Positions 8,241-16,675 of a stretch of 22,932 nucleotides of DNA are shown one piece after another (within the stretch, counting starts at the first letter, position 1; each line of letters begins with the position of its first letter). The notes beneath the pieces are model-generated. The model did no database searches. It saw only the letters and a program-made list of their open reading frames with translations, and had not been told where the DNA came from. Both the position numbers and the translations under genes were made by a program. The stretch covers positions 1 through 22,932 of the forward strand of contig JAYGCN010000141.1 of NCBI GenBank assembly GCA_046583315.1. The letters run 5' to 3'. Source of the stretch: Candidatus Hydrogenedentota bacterium (GTDB lineage Bacteria; Hydrogenedentota; Hydrogenedentia; Hydrogenedentales; GCA-2746185).

Positions 8241-8798
8241 TTAGTCCACTTGCGGGGCTTCACGGGTGACGGGGTCGCGCAGTTCGAAGAATTCGGACTC
8301 TTCGAAACCAAACATGCTGGCCACAATGTTGCTCGGGAACATCTGCACTCTGTTGTTCATGTCGCGCACGTTGCCGTTGTAGAAGCGCCGGGATACCTGG
8401 ATGCGATCTTCGGTGTTGGTGAGCTCGTCCTGCAAGGCCAAAAAATTCTTGTTCGCTTTGAGATCGGGATAGCCCTCCACGGTGACCAGAAGGCGACTCA
8501 GTGCGGACACAAAACTGCTTTCGGAGCGCGCCTGACTTTGGGGCGTACCCGTATTGTTTCGCGCTTCGCCACGCAGCTTCGTCACTTCTTCCAACAGGGA
8601 TTGCTCATGTTTCGCATAGCCTTTTACCGTTGAGACGAGATTGGGAATCAGATCATAGCGACGCTGGAGCTCGGTGTCCACGTCGGACCAGGATTCGGTC
8701 ACGTGATTGCGGTACCGGATGAGCGTGTTGTATGCCGCAATGGACCAAATCAGCGGGACAAGAATAATCGCAATCACTATAAATAGAGCAGGACCCAT
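8241..8798 (-). CDS. lemA: LemA family protein
   Basis: N-terminal TM; YNTL…SWSDVDTELQRRYDLIPNLV…VKGYAKHE…EGYPDLKAN…RRFYN…FPSNIVA. GAGGTG ribosome-binding site before ATG 8798. Confidence 0.95.
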   Translation of the reverse strand: MGPALFIVIAIILVPLIWSIAAYNTLIRYRNHVTESWSDVDTELQRRYDLIPNLVSTVKGYAKHEQSLLEEVTKLRGEARNNTGTPQSQARSESSFVSALSRLLVTVEGYPDLKANKNFLALQDELTNTEDRIQVSRRFYNGNVRDMNNRVQMFPSNIVASMFGFEESEFFELRDPVTREAPQVD

Positions 8799-8812
8799 AG
8801 ACACCTCAACCC

Positions 8813-9499
8813 TTAGTTGTTGTCGCTGAGCAAGTATTCGGGAAAGAGCTCTCGTATTTCAATTAGCTGGTTCAGGCGCGATTCGACCGTGTCGATATTC
8901 ATCTTGTTTCCAAATGAAATCGCGATGTACGGTCCCTCGATTTCCAGTATCGTCTTTCTTCGGTTCAGCAGCCACTCCATCATCCGCGGATGGCATATAT
9001 CGTAGGCAAACCGTTTTTCCTTGCTGCGCACGGTGAAGGATTTTGAAAACTCGATGGACTCGAAATCGATGTCGTCGTAGCCCAAGGCCTGACCGATCTT
9101 GGACAGAAAGGTTTCTGGATAGACGCGCAACTCAGGGTAGGGCAGTGACGCGTTCTCGTCGGACTCAGTGATAACGTAGTGATTGGAGTAATGGTGATGC
9201 GTGGTCCGGCGACCCTTCGAGTCCGTCGAATGCGTCTCGTAGTGATACTCAAAGGCTTCTACCACGTAGTCTTTGTAGTTGCCGTACAGCACTATCGTGC
9301 CGTGTCGATTATCGCCTTTGCGCAGTTCGCCCAGGAACTTGTAGCGATTATCGATACTGCTGTCCTTCAGCTTGAACGACAGCCCCAGTCGTTTGGCGAT
9401 CGCCCGAAAGGCCTCGCGCCGCTTGGCTTCCATGCGTGCCGCAACGATGGCAATGCAGATGCCCACGATGATAACGAGTATGACGAGTACGACTTCCAC
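8813..9499 (-). CDS. conserved hypothetical single-TM membrane protein, lemA-adjacent
   Basis: N-terminal TM, then RREAFRAIAKRLGLSF…FEYHY…DIDFESIEFSKSFTV…HPRMMEWLL. AGGAG lies 8 nt before the GTG start. Confidence 0.8.
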   Translation of the reverse strand: MEVVLVILVIIVGICIAIVAARMEAKRREAFRAIAKRLGLSFKLKDSSIDNRYKFLGELRKGDNRHGTIVLYGNYKDYVVEAFEYHYETHSTDSKGRRTTHHHYSNHYVITESDENASLPYPELRVYPETFLSKIGQALGYDDIDFESIEFSKSFTVRSKEKRFAYDICHPRMMEWLLNRRKTILEIEGPYIAISFGNKMNIDTVESRLNQLIEIRELFPEYLLSDNN

Positions 9500-9585
9500 G
9501 CATAGGTCTCCTATGAATCAAGATTACACTGAACGCATACAGGAAGTACAAGCGGGATAGCGGGTTTATTCACATCGCAGGTGCA

Positions 9586-10374
9586 TTAAATATCAAAATC
9601 GGACTGGATTCGGTGGTTCATTTCGAGAGCCGGAGTTGCAGCCTCAGGCACCCCAACCGCTTTGGCCGGAACGCCTACGACGGTGGTGTGGGGGGCAACA
9701 TCTTCGAGCACGACCGCACCGGCACCGACCTTGGCGTTCTGGCCGATTTCGACATTGCCCAGAATCTTCGCTCCAGCCGAAATGAGTACGCCGCGACGCA
9801 CTTTCGGATGGCGATCACCGGATTCTTTACCGGTTCCCCCGAGTGTCACCTCATGCAACATGGAGACATAGTCTTCGACGACCGCGGTCTCGCCAATCAC
9901 CACACTGGTGGCATGGTCAATGAGAATTCCGCGGCCGATTTTCGCGGCAGGGTGTATGTCTGCGGCGAAGACTTCCGAAATGCGGCTCTGTAGGAATGTC
10001 GCAAGCGATTTTCGATCCTGATTCCAGAAATAATGTGCCGCACGATAGGCTTGCAAGGCGTGGTAGCCTTTGTAGTAGAGCAAGATGTTGGAAAAACCCA
10101 AGCAGGCCGGGTCGCGCGAGCATACGGCAGAGATGTCTTCGCGAATCGAGTCCGCAATGGAGGTGTCGTTCTTGTACGCCTCGTCGATGAGGTCGCGAAT
10201 GCTCGTTTCATGCAACGTCGAACTGCCAAGCTTGCTGGACAACAGAAAACTCAGCGCGTCTTCCAGCGAACTGTGATTCATGATGGTCGCGTAGAGAAAG
10301 CCCGCCAGCATCGGCTCGCGCTTCGTTTCTTCTTCCGCTTCCTGCCGTATCGTTTCCCAAATCGGGTCGCTCAT
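9586..10374 (-). CDS. cysE: serine O-acetyltransferase
   Basis: EPML…RDPAC…YKGYHALQAYR…DIHPAAKIGRGILIDHAT…VTLGGTGKESGDRHPKV; hexapeptide repeats. Confidence 0.97.
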   Translation of the reverse strand: MSDPIWETIRQEAEEETKREPMLAGFLYATIMNHSSLEDALSFLLSSKLGSSTLHETSIRDLIDEAYKNDTSIADSIREDISAVCSRDPACLGFSNILLYYKGYHALQAYRAAHYFWNQDRKSLATFLQSRISEVFAADIHPAAKIGRGILIDHATSVVIGETAVVEDYVSMLHEVTLGGTGKESGDRHPKVRRGVLISAGAKILGNVEIGQNAKVGAGAVVLEDVAPHTTVVGVPAKAVGVPEAATPALEMNHRIQSDFDI

Positions 10375-10451
10375 GGGTCAATCCTTCGTGGCGATGCGCC
10401 TGTCTCTATCAGTGTACATGCATACCCCAAAAATATCGACTTTCAGGCGAT

Positions 10452-11876
10452 TTAGTACGCCTGCGCAGCGATTACCCGGCGTTTGGAGGGCTCGCCACAT
10501 ACGATACAGACGCCATCTTCTTCGGGCGCGCCGTCGGGGATGCAACGAATCGAGGATTTCGAGCGTTCCTGGATATAGTCCTCGCATTTGTTCTGGCCGC
10601 ACCAGTGAATGCGGTAGAATCCGCCTTGTTTGACGGCCTTCTTGTATTCTTTGAAGTCGTCGGCATCGTGGGTGTTGTCGTCCATGCGCTTTTGGGCATT
10701 CGCCAGCAGGTCGGCCTGGATGGTTTCGAGCAGTGCTTCGAGTTTGGGCAGCAAGTCTTCCATGGGCATGGCTACTTTTTCGCCCGTATCGCGACGTACC
10801 ACAACAACTTCGTTATTCTCGCATTCGCGCGGCCCGATTTCGATACGAATCGGAATACCTTTCAACTCCCATTCGTTAAACTTGCGACCGGGCTTCAGAT
10901 TATCTCGATCATCAATCTTGTAGAAAAGGATGTCCCAGTCCGCTGTAATTTCGCGTGCGCGTTCCAGCACCAGTTCCATCTCTTCGTCACTACGCCAGAT
11001 GGGCACGAACACGACAGGTAAGGGAGCCAGCTTGGGCGGAATCACAAGTCCCTTGTCATCGCTGTGAGACATGATTAACGCACCGATGAGGCGAGTGGAT
11101 ACGCCCCAGCTCGTGGCGTAAACGTATTTTTGTTCTTTGTCGACGTCCTGAAACTTCACGTCAAAGGCTTTGGCAAAATTCTGGCCGAGGTAGTGAGACG
11201 TGCCCGCTTGCAATGCCTTGCCGTCCTGCATCATCGCTTCAATGGACAGTGTTTCCACCGCACCTGCGAACTTTTCCTGTTCGCTTTTTGTGCCGACGAT
11301 AACGGGCATCGCGAGATATTCTTCGGCGAACTTCGCGTAGATATTGACCATGCGCTCCGTTTCTTCGATAGCTTCCTCTTTGGTGGCGTGAGCTGTGTGA
11401 CCTTCCTGCCAGAGGAACTCGGTCGTGCGCAGAAATAAGCGCGTGCGCATTTCCCAGCGAACGACGTTGGCCCACTGGTTGATCAGAATCGGCAGATCAC
11501 GATAAGAGTTAATCCAGTTCTTGTACATCGACCAGACCATCGTTTCCGAAGTAGGGCGAACCACGAGAGGTTCTTCGAGTTCCTTGCCGCCCGCGTGAGT
11601 AACCATCGCGCATTCCGGCGCAAAGCCTTCCACGTGCTCGGCTTCCTTTTTCAGGAAACTTTCCGGTATGAAAATCGGGAAATAGGCATTTACGTGACCG
11701 GTTTCCTTGAACATGCGGTCCAGATGCTTTTGGATATTCTCCCAAATCCCATACCCCGTAGGGCGAATGACCATGCACCCTTTCACGGGCGAGTAATCCG
11801 CCATTTCGCTCTTGAGCACAATGTCGATGTACCACTGGGAATAATTCTGTTCTCGGGATGTAATGCCTTTGGCCAT
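10452..11876 (-). CDS. proS: proline--tRNA ligase, archaeal/eukaryote-like type (no INS editing domain)
   Basis: SPVKGC…RPTSET…[28 protein letters not shown]…[12 protein letters not shown]…SWGVSTR; C-terminal Cys cluster; ends AQAY; 474 aa. Confidence 0.97.
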   Translation of the reverse strand: MAKGITSREQNYSQWYIDIVLKSEMADYSPVKGCMVIRPTGYGIWENIQKHLDRMFKETGHVNAYFPIFIPESFLKKEAEHVEGFAPECAMVTHAGGKELEEPLVVRPTSETMVWSMYKNWINSYRDLPILINQWANVVRWEMRTRLFLRTTEFLWQEGHTAHATKEEAIEETERMVNIYAKFAEEYLAMPVIVGTKSEQEKFAGAVETLSIEAMMQDGKALQAGTSHYLGQNFAKAFDVKFQDVDKEQKYVYATSWGVSTRLIGALIMSHSDDKGLVIPPKLAPLPVVFVPIWRSDEEMELVLERAREITADWDILFYKIDDRDNLKPGRKFNEWELKGIPIRIEIGPRECENNEVVVVRRDTGEKVAMPMEDLLPKLEALLETIQADLLANAQKRMDDNTHDADDFKEYKKAVKQGGFYRIHWCGQNKCEDYIQERSKSSIRCIPDGAPEEDGVCIVCGEPSKRRVIAAQAY

Positions 11877-11920
11877 GATAACTCCGTTTCAAGGGGGGAA
11901 TTGCAAGAATCAAAGCGCAA

Positions 11921-11929
11921 ATCATACCA
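11921..11929 (-). promoter_or_regulatory. extended -10 element upstream of proS
   Basis: Minus strand TGG-TATGAT about 45 bp before ATG 11876; no recognisable -35. Confidence 0.4.
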
Positions 11930-11939
11930 CAGAACCGCT

Positions 11940-11982
11940 CTTCTTTTCTCTTTACAAAAAGAGAAAAGAAGCGAAAGAGAAA
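11940..11982. repeat. 14-bp perfect pyrimidine/purine inverted repeat plus an extra copy of AAAGAGAAA
   Basis: cttcttttctcttt-acaa-aaagagaaaagaag (11940-11971), followed by cg-aaagagaaa (11974-11982). Confidence 0.85.
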
Positions 11983-11985
11983 CGA

Positions 11986-13194
11986 TCAGATACTTCGTAA
12001 CTTCAAGTGGGAATCGGTAGGTTCTTTGGAAGTGTTCAGGTGTTTTGGCGTGTAATTATACCAGGGGAGTTGGATGAGGGGTTGGTTGAGCATGCCGCGT
12101 TTGGGGTGATAGACGAGGAATTCGGAGACGTAGATCTGCGCGACGAATCCGAACCAGAGCAGAATCGTCGCGGTGACGATTCCGATTTTACGCGCGGGTT
12201 TGGTGACGGTGTCCACGATGCGAATGACAATGTGGCGTTGGTTGCCCGCGTCGTTCCGGACGAGAGACAGTCGCACGAGCGCGTTCAGTTCCCAAGTGCT
12301 CAAATCGTCGATGGAAACTTTTTCGCGCGCTACGGCTTCGATGAGTCCTTTGGCGTAGATCCGCGCCGCTACGGCGTGCAAAAGCCAGTACCCCAGGAAG
12401 AAAACGATGCCTGCGCGGAAAAAATAACCGTTCATGTATTCGAGTAATTCCGGGTCTGACATCTCAAGGATGGCAGGATTAATGTTCTCCAAAAACAGAG
12501 GTAGCATCTTGAAGAAAGTGACGGGAAGCGAAACGAGTCCGTAGAGCGCGGCCAGAATCAAACACGAAATCGAGCGCGTGCGGACGATGGCCCATACGAT
12601 TCGAAACTGATAGAAACTGCGCCATTCTCCGGTGATTGCCTGTCGCGCTTGGGCCATCGGCAGATAAAACATCACGGCGATGAATATGGCAATTCCCATA
12701 AGTGAGATTAGAATTCCGATGTCGTGTTGCTCGTATCCTTTATTAAACGAGTTGTCCCAGCCGGAATACCAGCCGAATTGCCAGAGCATTGCAGGTAGAA
12801 TGGTCAGCACAGCGATGTTGAACAAGCCTTGAAGTCCAATTTTGAAATTGCGTCCCAATGATCCAAAGGTCGCAAATACGGTGTTCTTCATGATTGCCCA
12901 AAAGCCGGATGAGGACGCCTGCCGCGCTTTCCACGCCGCGATTGGTTCCTGAGCCGTAATCCAATTGGGCAGATAGGCGTGCCCACGAAACGAGTCCTGT
13001 TCTTCGGTCGCTTCCCGAAAGGTACCGCCAGCCTGTGGCTCATCACTCATGCGCCACCAGGATTTTAGCGCGGCCCGTTGCATGGCGCGATACACCCAAC
13101 CCACCGCGAGCACAGCGAACAACGGAGACTGCACCATGAACGCACCCAGAAGCACGCGCCATATCCAACCCGCTACCGTTTTAAGTCTACGCAT
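11986..13194 (-). CDS. hypothetical polytopic membrane protein (about 6 TM segments)
   Basis: 402-aa ORF with several hydrophobic helices and motif-like loops (GWYSGWDNSFNKGYEQ; LPMAQARQAITGEWRSF; NQPLIQLPW). Starts 2 nt after the upstream stop. Confidence 0.8.
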   Translation of the reverse strand: MRRLKTVAGWIWRVLLGAFMVQSPLFAVLAVGWVYRAMQRAALKSWWRMSDEPQAGGTFREATEEQDSFRGHAYLPNWITAQEPIAAWKARQASSSGFWAIMKNTVFATFGSLGRNFKIGLQGLFNIAVLTILPAMLWQFGWYSGWDNSFNKGYEQHDIGILISLMGIAIFIAVMFYLPMAQARQAITGEWRSFYQFRIVWAIVRTRSISCLILAALYGLVSLPVTFFKMLPLFLENINPAILEMSDPELLEYMNGYFFRAGIVFFLGYWLLHAVAARIYAKGLIEAVAREKVSIDDLSTWELNALVRLSLVRNDAGNQRHIVIRIVDTVTKPARKIGIVTATILLWFGFVAQIYVSEFLVYHPKRGMLNQPLIQLPWYNYTPKHLNTSKEPTDSHLKLRSI

Positions 13195-13196
13195 GA

Positions 13197-14402
13197 CTAT
13201 GCAAACACCTGTTCGAGGGCCGGACCTTCAGCGTGTTCGGTCGCAAGGTTCATGCATCCGCCCAGAGTAGCTGCCACACTGGTCTGGTCCACGAGATCCG
13301 TAATGACTTTTCCTTTGGCGATTCCAGGCCCCATGAACAGTCCGAAGATTTCGTGCGAAGATTTCGTGCCAAAATGATGCTGGAACGATACGGGCAGCAT
13401 ACGATTGTTGTCGCGTCCGCAGTCCGGGACAATCGCGATAATCGTGTTGTCACGGTATTCCTCGTCATTGTCCACGGCATCCACGATGCGCTGGATGCCT
13501 TCGTCAATGATCGAGATGCCACGCGTATAGTGTGACGGATTGCCCCAGTGCACGTAGTCCGTATCGTTGTAGTTGATCATCATCAGCTTCGGGCGCAACT
13601 CACGAATCGCGCGGACAGATAACTCGGTCAGCAGTCGATCCCCGCGCGGATTCACGAACCCGGTTTCGCCATAGAAGTCTTTCCACCGATCCCAGAAATC
13701 AGTCATAATCGGCGAGGGCGTACCATTTTCCTTGAGGCGGTAATCCAGGGCCTCCATTTTTTCCAATTCCTTTTGTTTCCTCTCACGCTCCTTGTCCTTG
13801 AACGCGCCGGCCTCTAGCTGTCGTCGCAGCAAATGGATTTTGAAACGATATAGACTCAAGGTTTCCGAACGAAACGAAGCGCCAAAGAGGTGGTGATTGC
13901 TGAAGGAGTAAAACTCTTCCTGGGTGCGATCTTCCCCGTTGATGATCAGAGTCTCATGTTCGGAAATGTCATAACTTTTGCGCATGTACTCGAACAGCGT
14001 CGGCACTTTCGCTTCGAATCGTCCTCCGAGAAAACGCCCTTCGAAGTCTTTATACTTTTCATATTTGCCCGTGAGTATATACAGCGTGCCTTCGCCGTGG
14101 CTCGTCTGGATATCGTCGAACTGACCAATCTCCATATTGGTGAACAACGTGCCGCGTTTCGTCAGTTCATGAAGAAAGAAGGGGCAATAGGTGTTGTTCG
14201 GGTCCGCGATGGTTTCCTGCCGTCGAACACCGCCCCCGAATCGAATGATGATTACTCGCGGCCCGTCGTAGCTCTTACGACTCGCGATTACGGGTAGACC
14301 ATCGGCTGCAACATCAATTCCCGCGCCCAACGCGGCCGCCGCGCCCAGCCCTAGTGCAGAGGATTGCAGAAAGTCACGTCGATCCAGCTTACGATAGGGC
14401 AT
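13197..14402 (-). CDS. Tat-exported alkaline-phosphatase-superfamily-like protein of unknown function
   Basis: Tat signal DRRDFLQ plus Ala/Gly-rich h-region; VIIIRFGGGVR, TSH…LTG, NYNDTDYVH, PDCGRD, QHH, GPGI…DQTSVAATL. GGAGG ribosome-binding site. Confidence 0.75.
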   Translation of the reverse strand: MPYRKLDRRDFLQSSALGLGAAAALGAGIDVAADGLPVIASRKSYDGPRVIIIRFGGGVRRQETIADPNNTYCPFFLHELTKRGTLFTNMEIGQFDDIQTSHGEGTLYILTGKYEKYKDFEGRFLGGRFEAKVPTLFEYMRKSYDISEHETLIINGEDRTQEEFYSFSNHHLFGASFRSETLSLYRFKIHLLRRQLEAGAFKDKERERKQKELEKMEALDYRLKENGTPSPIMTDFWDRWKDFYGETGFVNPRGDRLLTELSVRAIRELRPKLMMINYNDTDYVHWGNPSHYTRGISIIDEGIQRIVDAVDNDEEYRDNTIIAIVPDCGRDNNRMLPVSFQHHFGTKSSHEIFGLFMGPGIAKGKVITDLVDQTSVAATLGGCMNLATEHAEGPALEQVFA

Positions 14403-14429
14403 GGCAACACCTCCAGTACGTGTCGACTC

Positions 14430-14503
14430 ACTATATCAGACCACTCCTTCATTCTGCGGGTTTTGACAGGCTACTGCAATCGTGTCGGTGTACAAGGTAT
14501 AAT
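14430..14503. promoter_or_regulatory. divergent promoter region between the Tat-protein operon and the men operon
   Basis: Plus strand: CTGCAA(14474)-N18-TATAAT(14498). Minus strand: TTGCAG-N17-CAGAAT on the same -35 base pairs, plus TGA-TATAGT at 14430-14438. Confidence 0.45.
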
Positions 14504-14562
14504 GCTCATCTGTGTCTCGCAGAGGCACCTATGGCCTTGAACAGTAGAGACTTAGACCGGAC

Positions 14563-15294
14563 ATGAGTCCCGCCCCGATCGACAGCCCAAAACCCACCGA
14601 AGCCGATTCCTGGCAGATGTTTGACCGCATCGCGCGGCGTTACGACTTCCTGAATCGACTGCTGTCTTTTCGGCAGGATGTCGCCTGGCGCAAGCGCATG
14701 ATCAAACGACTGCCAAAGGGTGACTCGCTGGCCATGCTCGATCTAGCCACGGGTACCGGGGACGTTCTCATTAATGTCTACCGCATCAGCAAACGCATTG
14801 GCGTGGGCGTGGGTCTCGATATGTCCGCAGACATGCTCGAACGCGGACGCCGCAAGATTCGCGATCTCGGAGTTCAGGGGGATCTTCAACTGATCCGCAG
14901 CAACGCGATGTTCATGGGGCTGAATGACAATTCCTTTGATGTGGCAACGATGTCCTTCGGTATTCGCAACGTGCCCGACGTTCCCATGGCGTTACGCGAC
15001 ATTCACCGTGTATTGAAACCGGGTGGGCGCGGCATGATTCTCGAGTTCTCCATTCCCGGAAACGCTTTTATTCGCACCTTCTATCTATTCTACTTCCGCC
15101 ACATCCTCACGCGCATCGGATCGATCATCTCTGGCGACGCGCAAGCCTACCGCTATCTGAATACCACGGTCGAATCATTTCCCTACGGCGATGCCTTCGT
15201 CTCTCTGATGAGCGATGCCGGTTTCAAGCATGTCGAAGCGGTCTCGCTGACTTTTGGCATCGCAACCTTGTACATCGGCGATAAGGAATCATAG
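14563..15294 (+). CDS. menG: demethylmenaquinone methyltransferase MenG/UbiE
   Basis: MFDRIARRYDFLNRLLS…WRK, LDLATGTGD, SFGIRNV…RVLKPGG…LEFS…AYRYL; adjacent to menF and menD. Confidence 0.93.
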   Translation: MSPAPIDSPKPTEADSWQMFDRIARRYDFLNRLLSFRQDVAWRKRMIKRLPKGDSLAMLDLATGTGDVLINVYRISKRIGVGVGLDMSADMLERGRRKIRDLGVQGDLQLIRSNAMFMGLNDNSFDVATMSFGIRNVPDVPMALRDIHRVLKPGGRGMILEFSIPGNAFIRTFYLFYFRHILTRIGSIISGDAQAYRYLNTTVESFPYGDAFVSLMSDAGFKHVEAVSLTFGIATLYIGDKES

Positions 15295-15296
15295 CC

Positions 15297-16667
15297 ATGT
15301 CGTCGTATGCACGCAGCGAGTCATTGCCGCCGATTGATTCAATTATCCTGGCAACGCGTCTGACCGAAGCAATCAGCGCACATCCCGCGACCGATTCAAC
15401 CATACAACGGGTGCAAATCGAGATGGATCCCGGCGATATCCTCGCGTGGGTGAATCGGCAAGCCGCGGAAGAAAAATTCTATTGGTCTAACCGCGATGGT
15501 TCCTTCGAAGTCGCGGGCTTGGGCCACGCGCTGTTGCTGCGTAACGAAACTCCGGACGAAAAAGATATTCCGAAGGTGTTGGACGCCTGTCGCGCCGTGT
15601 TGTCGGAAGTCAACCCCCATCAACGCTTCTACGGCGGCTTCAGTTTTGATAAGAGCACCGAGGAAAAGTGGGCAGCCTTCGGGCAGTACCGACTCGTGAT
15701 GCCGCAGATCGAAGTCGGACGTGACAGCGATGCCTACTATGCCGCGTGTCAATGGTCGACAGAGACCGGGCCGCCCGCAGACATGCAGACCTTGCTGAAA
15801 ACCGATGAACAAAACGGTAGCCGACGCATTGCACGCGCCGCACAACGCCGCGTGGATCGTCCAGAAAAATATACCTGGATGGCACAGATTGAACATTTGC
15901 TGTCACTGTTCAGCCAGGGCGTCGTCGATAAAGTGGTGATGGCGCGGGAATGCGAATTTCAATTTGACGAAGCGATTGATGCGATGGCCTTGCTTTCCGA
16001 ATTACGCCGCAACACGGGCAATTCCTATCACTACGGATTCCAGGTATCCGCAGATACGGCGTTCATTGGTGCATCGCCAGAACGCCTCTATCGACGGGAT
16101 GGCTCGACGTTGGTCAGTGAAGCCCTCGCCGGGACACGACCTCGCGGCATCACCCGCGAACAAGACGCAGCCATCGGGCAGGAACTGTTGAACAGCGACA
16201 AAGATCGTCGCGAACACGGCCTGGTGCTCGAACGCATCACCTCGCTGCTCGAAGAATTTTGCGAATCGATGAATCCGACTATGGAGCCGACGATCACCAA
16301 ATTGCGGCACTGTCAGCATCTGCTGTGCACCATCGAGGGCACCCTGCGAAATCCCGATTGCGATGCCGAATTGCTCCAACAACTTCACCCGACGCCCGCC
16401 GTCGGTGGCTCACCACGCGAAGAAGCCCTGCGCTGGATTTCCAATCTCGAATCCTTTGATCGCGGATGGTACGCAGGCCCCATCGGCTGGATCAGTCACG
16501 ACTCGGTGGAGTTCGCCGTGGCCATTCGATCCGCGCTCGTGCATGGCAACTCCGTTTCCGCGTATACTGGTGCGGGCATCGTGCCTGGGTCCAATCCCGA
16601 AGAAGAATGGGCCGAAATCGAAAACAAAATTACCGACTTTCAAAACCTGTTCCCACTGGACGAGTAA
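15297..16667 (+). CDS. menF: isochorismate synthase
   Basis: FYGGFSF, KVVMAR, FIGASPERL, EALAGT, KDRREH, LHPTPAVGG, FDRGWYAGPIG, GAGIVPGS…EW. Confidence 0.93.
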   Translation: MSSYARSESLPPIDSIILATRLTEAISAHPATDSTIQRVQIEMDPGDILAWVNRQAAEEKFYWSNRDGSFEVAGLGHALLLRNETPDEKDIPKVLDACRAVLSEVNPHQRFYGGFSFDKSTEEKWAAFGQYRLVMPQIEVGRDSDAYYAACQWSTETGPPADMQTLLKTDEQNGSRRIARAAQRRVDRPEKYTWMAQIEHLLSLFSQGVVDKVVMARECEFQFDEAIDAMALLSELRRNTGNSYHYGFQVSADTAFIGASPERLYRRDGSTLVSEALAGTRPRGITREQDAAIGQELLNSDKDRREHGLVLERITSLLEEFCESMNPTMEPTITKLRHCQHLLCTIEGTLRNPDCDAELLQQLHPTPAVGGSPREEALRWISNLESFDRGWYAGPIGWISHDSVEFAVAIRSALVHGNSVSAYTGAGIVPGSNPEEEWAEIENKITDFQNLFPLDE

Positions 16668-16675
16668 TAATCTGG

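Noticed and set aside
9348..9503. Out-of-frame ATG (MRGSRTRH…) sharing the AGGAG site of the 9499 gene
   Set aside because: The ATG is only 4 nt from the SD while the in-frame GTG is at 8 nt, and the peptide looks like an alternative-frame artefact.
16466..16675. 70-aa N-terminal extension of MenD in the ORF track
   Set aside because: Overlaps the conserved menF C-terminus; MenD similarity starts at ATG 16676.
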